From: Spirochaetia bacterium
GTDB lineage: Bacteria > Spirochaetota > Spirochaetia > SZUA-6 > Bin103
DNA length: 64,000 nucleotides
Direction: 5' to 3'
Assembly (NCBI GenBank): GCA_965203055.1
Contig: OZ241863.1
Coordinates: 2,048,001-2,112,000 of the forward strand
Part shown: in pieces, positions 38,651-48,677 of the stretch
Position numbering within the stretch: position 1 is the first letter of the stretch
Layout of the letters: each line of letters begins with the position of its first letter
Translations under genes and position numbers: made by a program
The notes under the pieces: model-generated
What the model was told of the DNA's origin: nothing
Databases searched by the model: none
What the model saw: only the letters and a program-made list of their open reading frames with translations

Positions 38651-39781
38651 GCAACCTGTCGCTGTTTTCGGATATCGTCGTCGATGCTCCCGTCACGGAA
38701 GGGATCAAGTACGCCGGCTCCAAACTCAGGCTGCTCCCGCACATCCTCGAGATGGCGAAACGGACCGAGGCGCGGACCGTCCTCGATGGTTTCTCGGGAT
38801 CGACCCGCGTGTCCCAAGCCTTCACCAAGGCGGGGTATCGGGTCATCAGCAATGACGTGGCCGTCTGGTCGGAGGTCCTCGCGACGTGCTATCTCCTGAA
38901 CCGAAAGCCTGGAGCGCATTACTCCCCGCTGATCGAGCACCTGAATGCCGTTCGACCAAGGGACGGTTGGTTCACGGAACACTACGGCGGCGCCCCGAAC
39001 GGCGGCCTCTCCGTCCAATCGGACGGTCTCAAGAAGCCCTGGCAGATTCACAATACTCGCAAGCTGGATGGCATCCGTGAAGAGATCGACTCACTCGGAC
39101 TATCCTCGACCGAGCGCGCGGTAGTTCTGGCGAGCTTGATGCTGGCGCTGGACCGAGTGGACAAATACCCTCGGTCATTTCGTCTCATATCTCCGCGAGT
39201 GGTCGCCCCGATCATACGACACCTTGCACCTCAGGATACCGGAACTGTTCATCCCGAATGACGGCAATGAAGTGGTGCGCGGGGACGTGTTCGACGTCGC
39301 CGGGCGCAGCGTCGACCTCGCCTACTTCGATCCGCCGTACGGTTCCAACAACGAGAAGATGCCGCCTTCACGGATCCGATACGCGTCCTATTATCATCTT
39401 TGGACTACCGTCTGTCTGAACGACTCGCCGGCGCTGGTCGGCAAGGCGTTGCGGCGCACCGATACGGCGGATGCCGTCGCCGCTTCGGTGTTCGAGGAAT
39501 TCCAGCGGAATCCGTCGTCGGGACGGTTTCTGGCGGTCGAGGCAATCGAACGGCTGATCCGATCCACGGCGGCGCGCTGGATCATCCTCTCGTACAGTTC
39601 GGGAGGCCGCGCGACCGCCGAGGATCTTTACGACCTGCTGCACGCAAACGGCAGAGTCATCGACATCATGGAGCTGGACCACCGGCGCAACGTTACGGCG
39701 GGCATGAAGTGGACCAACGCCTGGCTGCGCGATGCGGGCGCGCCCAACCGCGAGTTCCTCTTCCTGATCGACAGAGGATAG
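38647..39781 (+). pseudogene. DNA adenine methyltransferase (D12 class) with one frameshift
   Basis: KYAGSK, LDGFSGS and SND lie in one frame; YFDPPY, YYHLW and ILSYS lie in another. Removing one A at 39163-39165 joins them (DNTLGHFVSYL). Confidence 0.8.
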
Positions 39782-39899
39782 CCCTCGGCACACATGATCC
39801 GGTTCGCGGCATTGCCGGTCGGGCGGACGGTTGCTTGATGCCAATTCCTACACCCGACCGACCCTACCAGCCGCCAAAGTTCAGGTTAACGCTTATCGG

Positions 39900-40157
39900 T
39901 CACGAGGCGCGGGCAGGCGCCGCAGAGCGAGTCCGTGACAGCCATCGCAGGAGTCGCTGCGCTTCGACGAATCCGCCGCGGTCAGCGCAGGATATGATGC
40001 GGCGCAGCACCATCCGCGCCACCGCTTCCTGTTCCAGGTCGGGATGTTCCTTGAGGTCCCACAGACACTCCTCCCGATAGCGCGTCACGAGAGCCCGCAG
40101 CCGGCGCCGGAAATCGGCAGCGTCATGGAGTTCGCGGTTGGCTGCCGGATCGGGCAT
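39900..40157 (-). CDS. Small hypothetical protein
   Basis: 85-aa ORF (LVTRYREECLW…LRRI…RWLSRT); extended -10 TGGTATAGC ends 6 nt before the ATG. Confidence 0.5.
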   Translation of the reverse strand: MPDPAANRELHDAADFRRRLRALVTRYREECLWDLKEHPDLEQEAVARMVLRRIISCADRGGFVEAQRLLRWLSRTRSAAPARAS

Positions 40158-40279
40158 GGCACCGCTATACCATTATTCCGCCGCGAGGACCAGTACCGGC
40201 AGCGAGCCCTACTCCGCCCTGAACCAGCGCCCGCTGCCTTGCTTGCGGCTCGCCGCGGCCGATGCCACTATGCCGGCGC

Positions 40280-41350
40280 ATGATGCCTCGCACGACCCGA
40301 GTGGCCGCGCTCGACGGCCATGGCCGCGGCACGCTGATCGAACGCGGCGTGCCCGAGCTTGCCGCCGGCCACGTGCTGGTGGCGGTGCGCGCTTCCATGA
40401 TCAGCCCCGGCACCGAGCTGAGCCGCGCCAAGCGGTTCCGCGCCGCGCCTGACCCTGACGTCGCGGCGCGGCCGTTCGGCTACTCCAACGCCGGCACGGT
40501 GGCCGCGGCCGGAGCCGGCGTCACCCGCTTCCGCGCCGGAGACCGGGTTGCCTGCATGGGCGGCGGGATGGCTTTCCACGCCGACTACGCGGTGGTGCCG
40601 CAGAACCTGTGCGCGCCGATTCCGGCGGAGGTGAGCTTCGACCACGCCGCCGCGGTGCACTTGGCCGCCACCGCGCTCAACGCCATCCGCCGCACGGCGC
40701 CGCAGTTCGGCGAGAACGGCATCGTGGCCGGCCTGGGCATCGTGGGCCAGCTCTGCTGCCAGTTGTTCCAGGCGTCGGGCTGTCACGTCATGGCTATGGA
40801 TCCCCTGGCGGGCAGGCGCGCCATCGCGCACCTCGCCGGCGCCGAGGGTGAGGTGGACCCGGCTGCCGAGAACGTGACCGCCGCGGCGCAGCGCTTCTCC
40901 GGCGGCTTCGGGATCGACTTCGGCGTGATCGCCTTTGGCGGCGACGCCTCCGCCGCCTTCCGGCAGCTCTACGAGGCGCTGCGGGAACGGCCCGACAGCC
41001 ACCATACCGGGCGCATCGTCATCGTCGGCGGCGCGCGCGTCAGCCACGGTTTCGGCGCCGCGCTCGGCAACGTCGACGTCCGCAGCGCGGCGCGCACCGG
41101 ACCCGGCTATCATGACGGCCGATGGGAGGCGGGCGCCGACTACCCGCCGGTGCTGGTGGAGTGGAACACCGGGCGCAACATGATGGAGTCGTTGCGGGCG
41201 ATGGCCGACGGGCGCCTGCGCGTGGAACCTTTGATCACCCACCGCTTTCCCCTCGACCGCGTGGCCGAGGCGGTGGACCTGCTGGTCGAGCGGCCGGAGG
41301 CCGCAGTGGGCGTGGTGCTGCAGCCGCAGGTGGCACCGGGAGGCGAATGA
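40280..41350 (+). CDS. MDR-family dehydrogenase (ISPGTE/GYS subtype)
   Basis: ISPGTE, FGYSNAG, GLGIVGQ, LITHRF. Confidence 0.88.
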   Translation: MMPRTTRVAALDGHGRGTLIERGVPELAAGHVLVAVRASMISPGTELSRAKRFRAAPDPDVAARPFGYSNAGTVAAAGAGVTRFRAGDRVACMGGGMAFHADYAVVPQNLCAPIPAEVSFDHAAAVHLAATALNAIRRTAPQFGENGIVAGLGIVGQLCCQLFQASGCHVMAMDPLAGRRAIAHLAGAEGEVDPAAENVTAAAQRFSGGFGIDFGVIAFGGDASAAFRQLYEALRERPDSHHTGRIVIVGGARVSHGFGAALGNVDVRSAARTGPGYHDGRWEAGADYPPVLVEWNTGRNMMESLRAMADGRLRVEPLITHRFPLDRVAEAVDLLVERPEAAVGVVLQPQVAPGGE

Positions 41351-41353
41351 ACC

Positions 41354-42346
41354 GTGATGGAGCTGCCCCGGCTTACCACCGACCTGGAACGCTGCAAGGC
41401 GGACCTGGAGCGTTGCGGCTACTGCCTGCTGGCGGAGGCGTTGCCGCCGGCGCAGTTGCAGGAGGCGCGCGCACGGCTCAGCGCCCAGGCCGCGGCCGAA
41501 CGCGAGCAGGGCGTGGCCTACATGGACGGCGCGCCCGACCAGCGCTGGGGCGCGTTTACCGACGCCGGCGGCAAGGTGCGCGCGCAGGACTTCGCGGTCG
41601 GCGCCGGCGGCATGAGCCAGCGCCTGTTCATGCTGCTCAACAAGGGCCGGATCTTCGGTGACATCGTGCTCATGGAGCAGGCCCTGGAACTGGTCGGCCA
41701 CGTGCTCGGCGCGCACTACCAGCTCTCCTGCAGCACCGCCAACATCATCGGCACGGGCGCCGCGCCGATGGAACTGCACACCGATGCCTGGTGGATGCCG
41801 CCGCCGGTGCCCCACGGCCGCTTCGGGCTGCCCGTCGGGTCGATTACCCGCGCCGAGGCGGGCGAGGCGCCCTCCCCCGCCCCCATGATCGCGCCGCCGG
41901 CGTGCGTCAACAGCATGTGGCTGCTGGCGGACTTCCACGCCGCCAACGGCGCCACCCGGGTGGTGCCTGGCAGCCACCTGAGCGGGCGCCAGCCGAAGCC
42001 GGCGCTCTATTCCGAAGAAGACCTGGTCGCAATCGAGGCCCCGGCCGGCAGCGCGATGTTCTTCGAAGGCCGGCTGTGGCACGGCTCCGGCACCAACCGC
42101 ACCGACCAACCGCGGATGGGCCTGCTCAACACCTACTGCGGTCCCCAGTTCCGGCCGCAGGAGAACTACACCCTCGGCCTGCTGCCGGAGGTGCTCGCCG
42201 CTGCCCCGTTGCGCCTCAAGGAGCTGGTCGGCCTCAAGGTGTGGAACGGATACGGCCGCTTCGATACCCCGGCGGTCGATCTGATTGACCGTGACCAGCT
42301 CGTCGGCGAACTGACCCCCAGCTCAGCGGCGAGCCTCGCCCGGTAG
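41354..42346 (+). CDS. Phytanoyl-CoA dioxygenase (PhyH) family protein
   Basis: LHTD, NGATRVVPGSH, RLWHG, RPQEN. Confidence 0.9.
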   Translation: MMELPRLTTDLERCKADLERCGYCLLAEALPPAQLQEARARLSAQAAAEREQGVAYMDGAPDQRWGAFTDAGGKVRAQDFAVGAGGMSQRLFMLLNKGRIFGDIVLMEQALELVGHVLGAHYQLSCSTANIIGTGAAPMELHTDAWWMPPPVPHGRFGLPVGSITRAEAGEAPSPAPMIAPPACVNSMWLLADFHAANGATRVVPGSHLSGRQPKPALYSEEDLVAIEAPAGSAMFFEGRLWHGSGTNRTDQPRMGLLNTYCGPQFRPQENYTLGLLPEVLAAAPLRLKELVGLKVWNGYGRFDTPAVDLIDRDQLVGELTPSSAASLAR

Positions 42347-42354
42347 CGAACGGC

Positions 42355-43935
42355 GTGCGGTTCTTCAACACCACCGGTCCGGTCCGCCGGGACCGGCACT
42401 ATACGGTTCCGCCGTTGAGCCGCCTCGACCTCGACGAAGTGCTCGGCCTGATCCACACCGCGCGCTACTTCGTGCTGCACGCCCCGCGGCAGACCGGGAA
42501 GACTTCCGTGCTGCTGGCACTGCAGAACCTGCTCAACGGCGGCGCCGAGGGCGCCTACCGCTGCCTGTACGTCAACGTGGAGGCCGGTCAGGCGGCGCGT
42601 GAGCGCACCACGCGGGCGATGCGGGCGATCCTCGGCGAACTGGCCCTGCGGGCGCGGCTGGTGCTGGAAGACGACCAGCTCGACGGGACGTGGCCGGAAA
42701 TCCTCGACAGGGCAGGCCCTGACGGAGCGCTCAAGGAGGTGTTGGTGCGCTGGACGCTGGCCGACCCCCGCCCGCTGGTGCTGCTGATCGACGAGATCGA
42801 TTCCCTGGTGGGCGATACCCTGATCTCGGTCCTGCGCCAATTGCGCTCCGGCTATGACCTGCACCCCGACGGCTTTCCGCACAGCGTCGTGCTGTGCGGC
42901 GTACGCGACGTGCGCGACTACCGGATCCGCTCCGGCAGCGAGAACGCCGTCATCACCGGCGGCAGCGCGTTCAACGTCAAGGCGCGGTCGTTGCGCCTCG
43001 GCGACTTCTCGCGCGGCGAGATGCAGGCGCTGCTGGCGCAGCATACCCGGGACACGGGACAGGCGTTCACCGATGGCGCGCTGGAGACCATCTGGACGCG
43101 GACCCGGGGCCAGCCCTGGCTGGTGAACGCGCTGGCGGACGAGACCTGCTTCCGCGACCGGGGCGGCCGCGACCGGGCCCGCCCCGTCACCGCCGGCGCC
43201 GTGCGCGACGCGCAGGAGCAGCTCATCGTGCGCCGCGAGACCCACCTGGATCAGTTGGCGGACAAGCTGAAGGAGGAACGCGTGCGCCGCGTGGTCGAGC
43301 CGCTGCTGAGCGGCGGTGAACGGCGCCACTTCACCGACCGCGATCTCGAATATACGCGCGACCTCGGGCTGGTGGCGCCGGATCCACCGATCCGGATTGC
43401 CAACCCGATCTACGCCGAAGTGGTGCCGCGCGAACTCACCTGGGTGGTGCAGGAGGAGTTCGCGCAGGAGGCCGCCTGGTACGTGGACGCTGACGGCGGG
43501 CTGCAGGTGGACCGGCTGCTGGCGGCATTCCAGGCATTCTTCCGCGAGCACTCAGAACACTGGGTAACCCGGTTCAGCTACCGGGAGGCGGGTCCGCAGC
43601 TTCTCCTGCAGGCGTTCCTGCAGCGCATCGTCAACGGCGGCGGGCGCATCGAACGGGAATTCGGCCTGGGGCGGGGGCGCACCGACCTGCTGGTGGTGTG
43701 GCCGCAGCGCGGGCGGGAGCGCCGGTTCGTGGTCGAGTGCAAGATCCTGCACCGCAGTCTGGAGCGCACCATCAGTCAGGGGCTGGAGCAGACGGCGGCC
43801 TATCTTGACCGCTGCGCCGGCGAGGCGGGCCACCTGGTCATCTTCGACCGCGATGAAGGCAGGCGCTGGGAGGAGAAGATCTTCCACCGGCGGGAGTCGG
43901 CCGGGGGCCGCGCGATCGACGTCTGGGGCATGTAG
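42355..43935 (+). CDS. AAA-like ATPase with C-terminal PD-(D/E)XK-like domain (copy 2)
   Basis: MRFFNTTGP, HAPRQTGKTS, LLIDEID, RTDLL…VVECK; paralogue of 16989..18581. Confidence 0.88.
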   Translation: MRFFNTTGPVRRDRHYTVPPLSRLDLDEVLGLIHTARYFVLHAPRQTGKTSVLLALQNLLNGGAEGAYRCLYVNVEAGQAARERTTRAMRAILGELALRARLVLEDDQLDGTWPEILDRAGPDGALKEVLVRWTLADPRPLVLLIDEIDSLVGDTLISVLRQLRSGYDLHPDGFPHSVVLCGVRDVRDYRIRSGSENAVITGGSAFNVKARSLRLGDFSRGEMQALLAQHTRDTGQAFTDGALETIWTRTRGQPWLVNALADETCFRDRGGRDRARPVTAGAVRDAQEQLIVRRETHLDQLADKLKEERVRRVVEPLLSGGERRHFTDRDLEYTRDLGLVAPDPPIRIANPIYAEVVPRELTWVVQEEFAQEAAWYVDADGGLQVDRLLAAFQAFFREHSEHWVTRFSYREAGPQLLLQAFLQRIVNGGGRIEREFGLGRGRTDLLVVWPQRGRERRFVVECKILHRSLERTISQGLEQTAAYLDRCAGEAGHLVIFDRDEGRRWEEKIFHRRESAGGRAIDVWGM

Positions 43936-44015
43936 CGCGCCGGGGCCACGTTCGTAGCCGTTCGCCGGCGGCGCCCTTGCCAGGGAGCGCCGGCCCGCGC
44001 TATGACGCGAAGCGT

Positions 44016-45908
44016 ATGGCAAACGACGTTTCCCTCCACGAGCCGGAGTTTCGGCCCGCGGCCCTGGGCGCGGTTACCCCGCAGGGCTGGCTGGCGGAGC
44101 AGCTCCGCATCCAGGCGCGCGGCCTCAGCGGCCACCTCGACCAGTTCTGGCCCGACATCCGGGACAGCGCCTGGATCGGCGGCGCGGCCGAGGGCTGGGA
44201 GCGGATGCCGTACTGGCTCGACGGCGTCATTCCGCTGGCCTGGCTGCTGCGCGACCGGCCCCTGCAGCAGCGCATCACCGGTTACCTCGATTACGTCATC
44301 GAGCATCAGCAGGCCGACGGCTGGCTCGGCCCGCGCGTGGAGGACCGCCCGGAGGCGGCCGACCTCTGGTCGCAGGCGCTCGCCCTCAAGGCGCTGGTCG
44401 GCTACCACGACGCCACCGCGGACCGCCGCGTCGCCGGCTGCGTGGAGCGCGCGCTGGCCATGTTGGACCGCCGCGTAGACCGCAACCCGCTGGCGCATTG
44501 GGGCCAATACCGCTGGTTCGAGTTCCTGATCTCGATCTGGTGGCTCTACGAACGCAGCGGGGAGCGCTGGTTGATCGACCTCGCGCAGCGCCTGCGCGCG
44601 CAGGGGTTCAACTGGCAGCTCTACTTCGAGCGTTGGCCGCGCACCGGCGCCACTGCCAAGGGCCGCTGGTGCTACGACGCCCACGTGGTGAACAACGCCA
44701 TGGCGCTCAAGGAAGGGGCGCTGTGGTGGCGGCTGACCGGGGCCGCCGGCGACCGCGGGGCGGCGCACCGGATGCTGCAGGCGCTCGACCGGCACCACGG
44801 CATGGCAACCGGCGTGTTCAGCGGCGACGAGTGCCTGGCCGGCACCAACCCCAGCCAGGGCACCGAGCTGTGCGCCGTGGTGGAGTACCTCTACTCGCTG
44901 GAGTGGCTGGTCGGCGTGCTCGGCGACCCGGCGGCCGCGGACCGGCTGGAGAGCATCGCCTTCAACACGCTGCCGGCGACCTTCTCCCCGGACATGTGGG
45001 CGCATCAATACGACCAGCAGGTGAATCAGATCGAATGCAGCGCCCGCGCGGACCGGCTCTGGAATACCAACGGCCCGGAGGCCAACGTCTTCGGCCTGGA
45101 ACCCAACTACGGCTGTTGCACCGCCAACCTCAGCCAGGGATGGCCCAAGTTCGCGGCCCATCAGTGGATGCGCGCGCCTGACGGCGGCATCGTGGCCGCG
45201 GCCTACGCCCCCTCCGCGCTGGACGCGGCGGTCGGCGGCGTGCCGGTGCGCGTCGAGTTGCGGACCGACTACCCCTTCCGGGAAGAGCTGCGGTTCACGG
45301 TCCGGGCGCCGCGCCCGGTGCGCTTCCCGTTGCGGCTGCGCGTTCCCGGCTGGGCGCAGACGGCGGCGCTCACGGTCGATGGCCGCCCCTCCCCGGTGGC
45401 CGCCGCGGGCGCGTTCCACACCATCGAGCGGGAGTGGAACGGCGCCAGCGAGATCGTCCTGTCGCTGCCGATGGCGCCGCGCGTCATCCCGCGGCCGCAG
45501 GGCGCCGTCGCGCTGGCGCGCGGCCCGCTGCGGTACGCGTTGCGGGTCGGCGAACGCTGGCAGCGGATCAATCAGGACCGGCCGCACCGCGAGCCGCCGC
45601 ACGCGGACTGGGAAATCTACCCCACCACGCCGTGGAACTTCGCGCTCGAGTTGGGGGAAGGCGAGCTGAGCGAAGCCGTGCGCTTCGCCGAGCATCCCAT
45701 CGGCTCACCGGTGTTCACGCCCGGCGCGCCGCCGGTCAGCGCCACCGTCCGCGGGCGCCGCGTGCCCGAGTGGACCGCGCGCAACGGCTCCGCCGGCCCG
45801 CCGCCGCCCGCTCCGTTCCGGACCGCCGGCCCGCCCGAGGATCTGACCCTGATCCCCTACGGCTGCAGCAACCTGCGCATCGCCGAGTTCCCGCTGCTGC
45901 GCCGCTGA
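44016..45908 (+). CDS. Glycoside hydrolase family 127 (beta-L-arabinofuranosidase-like)
   Basis: GWERMPYWLDG, HVVN, TELCAVVE, NYGCCTAN, TDYPF, LIPYG. Confidence 0.88.
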   Translation: MANDVSLHEPEFRPAALGAVTPQGWLAEQLRIQARGLSGHLDQFWPDIRDSAWIGGAAEGWERMPYWLDGVIPLAWLLRDRPLQQRITGYLDYVIEHQQADGWLGPRVEDRPEAADLWSQALALKALVGYHDATADRRVAGCVERALAMLDRRVDRNPLAHWGQYRWFEFLISIWWLYERSGERWLIDLAQRLRAQGFNWQLYFERWPRTGATAKGRWCYDAHVVNNAMALKEGALWWRLTGAAGDRGAAHRMLQALDRHHGMATGVFSGDECLAGTNPSQGTELCAVVEYLYSLEWLVGVLGDPAAADRLESIAFNTLPATFSPDMWAHQYDQQVNQIECSARADRLWNTNGPEANVFGLEPNYGCCTANLSQGWPKFAAHQWMRAPDGGIVAAAYAPSALDAAVGGVPVRVELRTDYPFREELRFTVRAPRPVRFPLRLRVPGWAQTAALTVDGRPSPVAAAGAFHTIEREWNGASEIVLSLPMAPRVIPRPQGAVALARGPLRYALRVGERWQRINQDRPHREPPHADWEIYPTTPWNFALELGEGELSEAVRFAEHPIGSPVFTPGAPPVSATVRGRRVPEWTARNGSAGPPPPAPFRTAGPPEDLTLIPYGCSNLRIAEFPLLRR

Positions 45909-45984
45909 GCGGCGCAGCGCCGGCCGCTGCCACCGCCGCCGGCCGGCCGGCGGGCGGTGGCGGGCGGGCGAGCGAGCGAGCGAG

Positions 45985-46013
45985 TTGACCGCCGGCAGCT
46001 CGTGGGCTATGGT
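45985..46013 (+). promoter_or_regulatory. Putative sigma70 promoter of the sugar ABC cassette
   Basis: TTGACC, 17 bp spacer, TATGGT. Confidence 0.55.
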
Positions 46014-46051
46014 CGCGGTTGGTGCTCGATCGAGACTGCGACACCGGGAGG

Positions 46052-47707
46052 ATGGCTGTGTTGAGGAACCACGGGAAACGCGGATTGCGGCTGGGGGTCG
46101 GGTTGGCGCTGGCAGCGGCGGCGACCGGCGTCTGGGCCGGCGGCGAAGCGGAACAGGCAGCGGCCGGCAGCTCCGCCGAGTCCGGCTACACGCTGCCGAT
46201 CGTGGAGCCGGGCAGCGTGACCTTGAGCTATGCCGGCTGGGAGCATCCCGTCGGGTTCGGCGACGGCCCCGTCTGGCAGCGCATCCATGAGGACACCGGC
46301 GTAACGGTGGACTGGCAGGTCGTGCCGGGCAACGACTACCCCTCCTTCATCAAGACCCGAATCGCCGCCGCGGTCGATCTGCCCGACGTGATGAGCCTCG
46401 GCTGGAACAACGCGGTCGGCAGTGCGGTGGATCTGCATGCCCAGGGGGCCACCATCAAGCTGACCGAACTGGTCAACCAATACGCCCCCAACATCAAGCG
46501 GCTGATGGAGGAATTCACCGCGGTGCGCCCCTACCTGGTGGCGCCCGACGGCGACATCTACGCCACCGCGGCGCGCACCGTGCCGCCGATCAGCAACTAC
46601 AAGAACTGGTACGTCAGAGAAGACTGGCTGGAGCGGCTCGGACTGGAGAAGCCGGCGAGTCTGGAAGAGTGGAAGACCGTCCTGAAGGCGTTCCGCAACG
46701 AGGACCCCAACGGCAACGGCGAGCAGGACGAAGTCCCGCTGGCCCCGCGCACGTTGTGGCAACTGGAGTGGTTCGGCTCGTCCGGCCTCGACCTGGACAT
46801 CTACTACAGCTACGGGTTCTCACTCGACGCCGGCGTGGTCTCCTACGATTACGTCAGTCCCGAGTACCGCGACTATCTCGCGTTTCTGCATGAGATGTAC
46901 GAGGCCGGCGCCCTGTCGCAGGAAGTGACCATGACCGGACAGACCCTCAACTCGCTGCGGGTCGACGACCGCGTGGGAGGGTTCTGGACCGGCATCGGCG
47001 GGGTGTTGTTCGGCAATCGGGTGCTCGCCGAGGCCGGCATCCCCGGACGCTACACCTGGACGCCGCTGCCGGAGAACGCGCAGGGCGTAGCGCGTTACGT
47101 GCACGAGCCGCTGGTCATCGCCGCGTCGGTGATCACCAGCCAGAGCAAGAATCCCGAGGTGGCCATCAAGTGGCTGGACTACGTGTGGGCCAGCCCGCAG
47201 GGCTACCTGTACTCGAACTACGGCCTCGAAGGCGACACCTACAACGTCAATCCGGAACTCAATTCCGACTCGCCGTGGTTGAAGCATTTTCCCGGCCGTC
47301 CCGAGTACAGTGACAGCATCCGCAACAATCCGGAAGGCAAGTCGGTGCAGACGGTGCTGTCCGACATTGGGGCCTTCAACCATCCGCTGTACGCCGATGA
47401 CGACGAGTCGTTCGCGGCGCGCTTCTCGGAAGATCCGTTCTCGGCCGAGCTGACCCGGCTCGCCGCGCCGATCGCGGTAACGCCGTTCCCGCGCTATCTT
47501 TCCTCGCCGGAGCAGGAGCGGCGCCTGCGCGCCCTGCGCGAGGAGGTCCTTCCGACCCAGGAGGAGTGGACCTTCAAGTTCATCACCGGCCAGGAGCCGC
47601 TCGACCGGTTCGCCGATTACGTGGCCACGATGAAGCGCGTCGGCGTCGATGAGCTGGTCGAAATCACGCAGGAACAGCACGACGCGTACACCGCTTCGTC
47701 CCGGTAA
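46052..47707 (+). CDS. Carbohydrate ABC transporter extracellular solute-binding protein (LplA-like)
   Basis: Signal peptide, YAPNI, APDGDIY, REDWLERLGLEKP, DPNGNGEQDEVP, YGLEG. Confidence 0.9.
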   Translation: MAVLRNHGKRGLRLGVGLALAAAATGVWAGGEAEQAAAGSSAESGYTLPIVEPGSVTLSYAGWEHPVGFGDGPVWQRIHEDTGVTVDWQVVPGNDYPSFIKTRIAAAVDLPDVMSLGWNNAVGSAVDLHAQGATIKLTELVNQYAPNIKRLMEEFTAVRPYLVAPDGDIYATAARTVPPISNYKNWYVREDWLERLGLEKPASLEEWKTVLKAFRNEDPNGNGEQDEVPLAPRTLWQLEWFGSSGLDLDIYYSYGFSLDAGVVSYDYVSPEYRDYLAFLHEMYEAGALSQEVTMTGQTLNSLRVDDRVGGFWTGIGGVLFGNRVLAEAGIPGRYTWTPLPENAQGVARYVHEPLVIAASVITSQSKNPEVAIKWLDYVWASPQGYLYSNYGLEGDTYNVNPELNSDSPWLKHFPGRPEYSDSIRNNPEGKSVQTVLSDIGAFNHPLYADDDESFAARFSEDPFSAELTRLAAPIAVTPFPRYLSSPEQERRLRALREEVLPTQEEWTFKFITGQEPLDRFADYVATMKRVGVDELVEITQEQHDAYTASSR

Positions 47708-47759
47708 CGCCCCGGGGCCGCGGCGCGTGAGATCGGCGCCGCGGCCCAACTTGTAACCC

Positions 47760-48677
47760 ATGCCGCCGGCAGTCCGGCGTTCGGCCAAGGCGCTCCTGCA
47801 GGACCGGTATCTCTGGCTGCTGGCGGCGCCTGCCGTCGTCTACTACTTCCTGTTCCACTACCTGCCGATGTACGGGCTGCTGATCGCCTTCAAGGACTTC
47901 AGCCCGTTTCTCGGCATCCTCGGCAGTCCGTGGGCCGGGTTGGTGTGGTTCGAGCAGTTCTTCACTTCGATTCACTTCGTGCGCACGGTGCGCAACACCC
48001 TGCTGCTCAACTTCTACGGCTTCTTCTTCAACTTCACGGTACCGATCATCTTCGCCCTGCTGCTGAACGAGGTGCACCATAGCCTGTTCCGGCGCTGGGT
48101 GCAGACCATCAGCTACGTCCCGCACTTCGTGTCGATCGTCGTCGTGGTGGGGCTGATCAACGCCATGTTCAATTCCGAGAACGGCTTGGTCAACACCGTG
48201 CTCGGCCGGCTCGGCATGGAGCCGGTGCCGTTCCTCATTCTGCCGGGATGGTTTCGGCCGCTGTACATCGGCTCCGACATCTGGCAGCACTTCGGCTGGC
48301 GCGCCATCATCTACCTGGCCGCGCTCACCGCCATCGACCAGGAGCAATATGACGCCGCCTGGGTGGACGGCGCCAACCGCTGGCAGCAGCTTCGCTACAT
48401 CACCCTGCCGGGAATCGCGCCCACCATCATCATCCTGATGATCCTCTACGTCGGCCAGATGATGTCGGTGGGCTTCGAGAAGATCCTGTTGATGTACGGC
48501 CCCGGCACCTACGAGACCGCGGACGTGATCTCCACCTTCGTCTACCGCCGCGGCATTACCGGCGGCGACTACAGCTTCGCCGCCGCGGCCGGGTTGTTCA
48601 ACTCGGTGATCAACCTGTCGCTGATCCTGTTCGTCAACCGCCTGAGCAAGCAGCTCACCGGGACCAGCCTGTGGTAG
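47760..48677 (+). CDS. Carbohydrate ABC permease (LplB-like)
   Basis: YLPMYGLLIAFKD, SPWAGL, YDAAWVDGANRWQ, ADVISTFVY. Confidence 0.93.
   Translation: MPPAVRRSAKALLQDRYLWLLAAPAVVYYFLFHYLPMYGLLIAFKDFSPFLGILGSPWAGLVWFEQFFTSIHFVRTVRNTLLLNFYGFFFNFTVPIIFALLLNEVHHSLFRRWVQTISYVPHFVSIVVVVGLINAMFNSENGLVNTVLGRLGMEPVPFLILPGWFRPLYIGSDIWQHFGWRAIIYLAALTAIDQEQYDAAWVDGANRWQQLRYITLPGIAPTIIILMILYVGQMMSVGFEKILLMYGPGTYETADVISTFVYRRGITGGDYSFAAAAGLFNSVINLSLILFVNRLSKQLTGTSLW

Noticed and set aside
45961..45984. (GAGC)n short repeat abutting a -35 box as a phase-variation tract
   Set aside because: Only about four units, and outside the promoter spacer.
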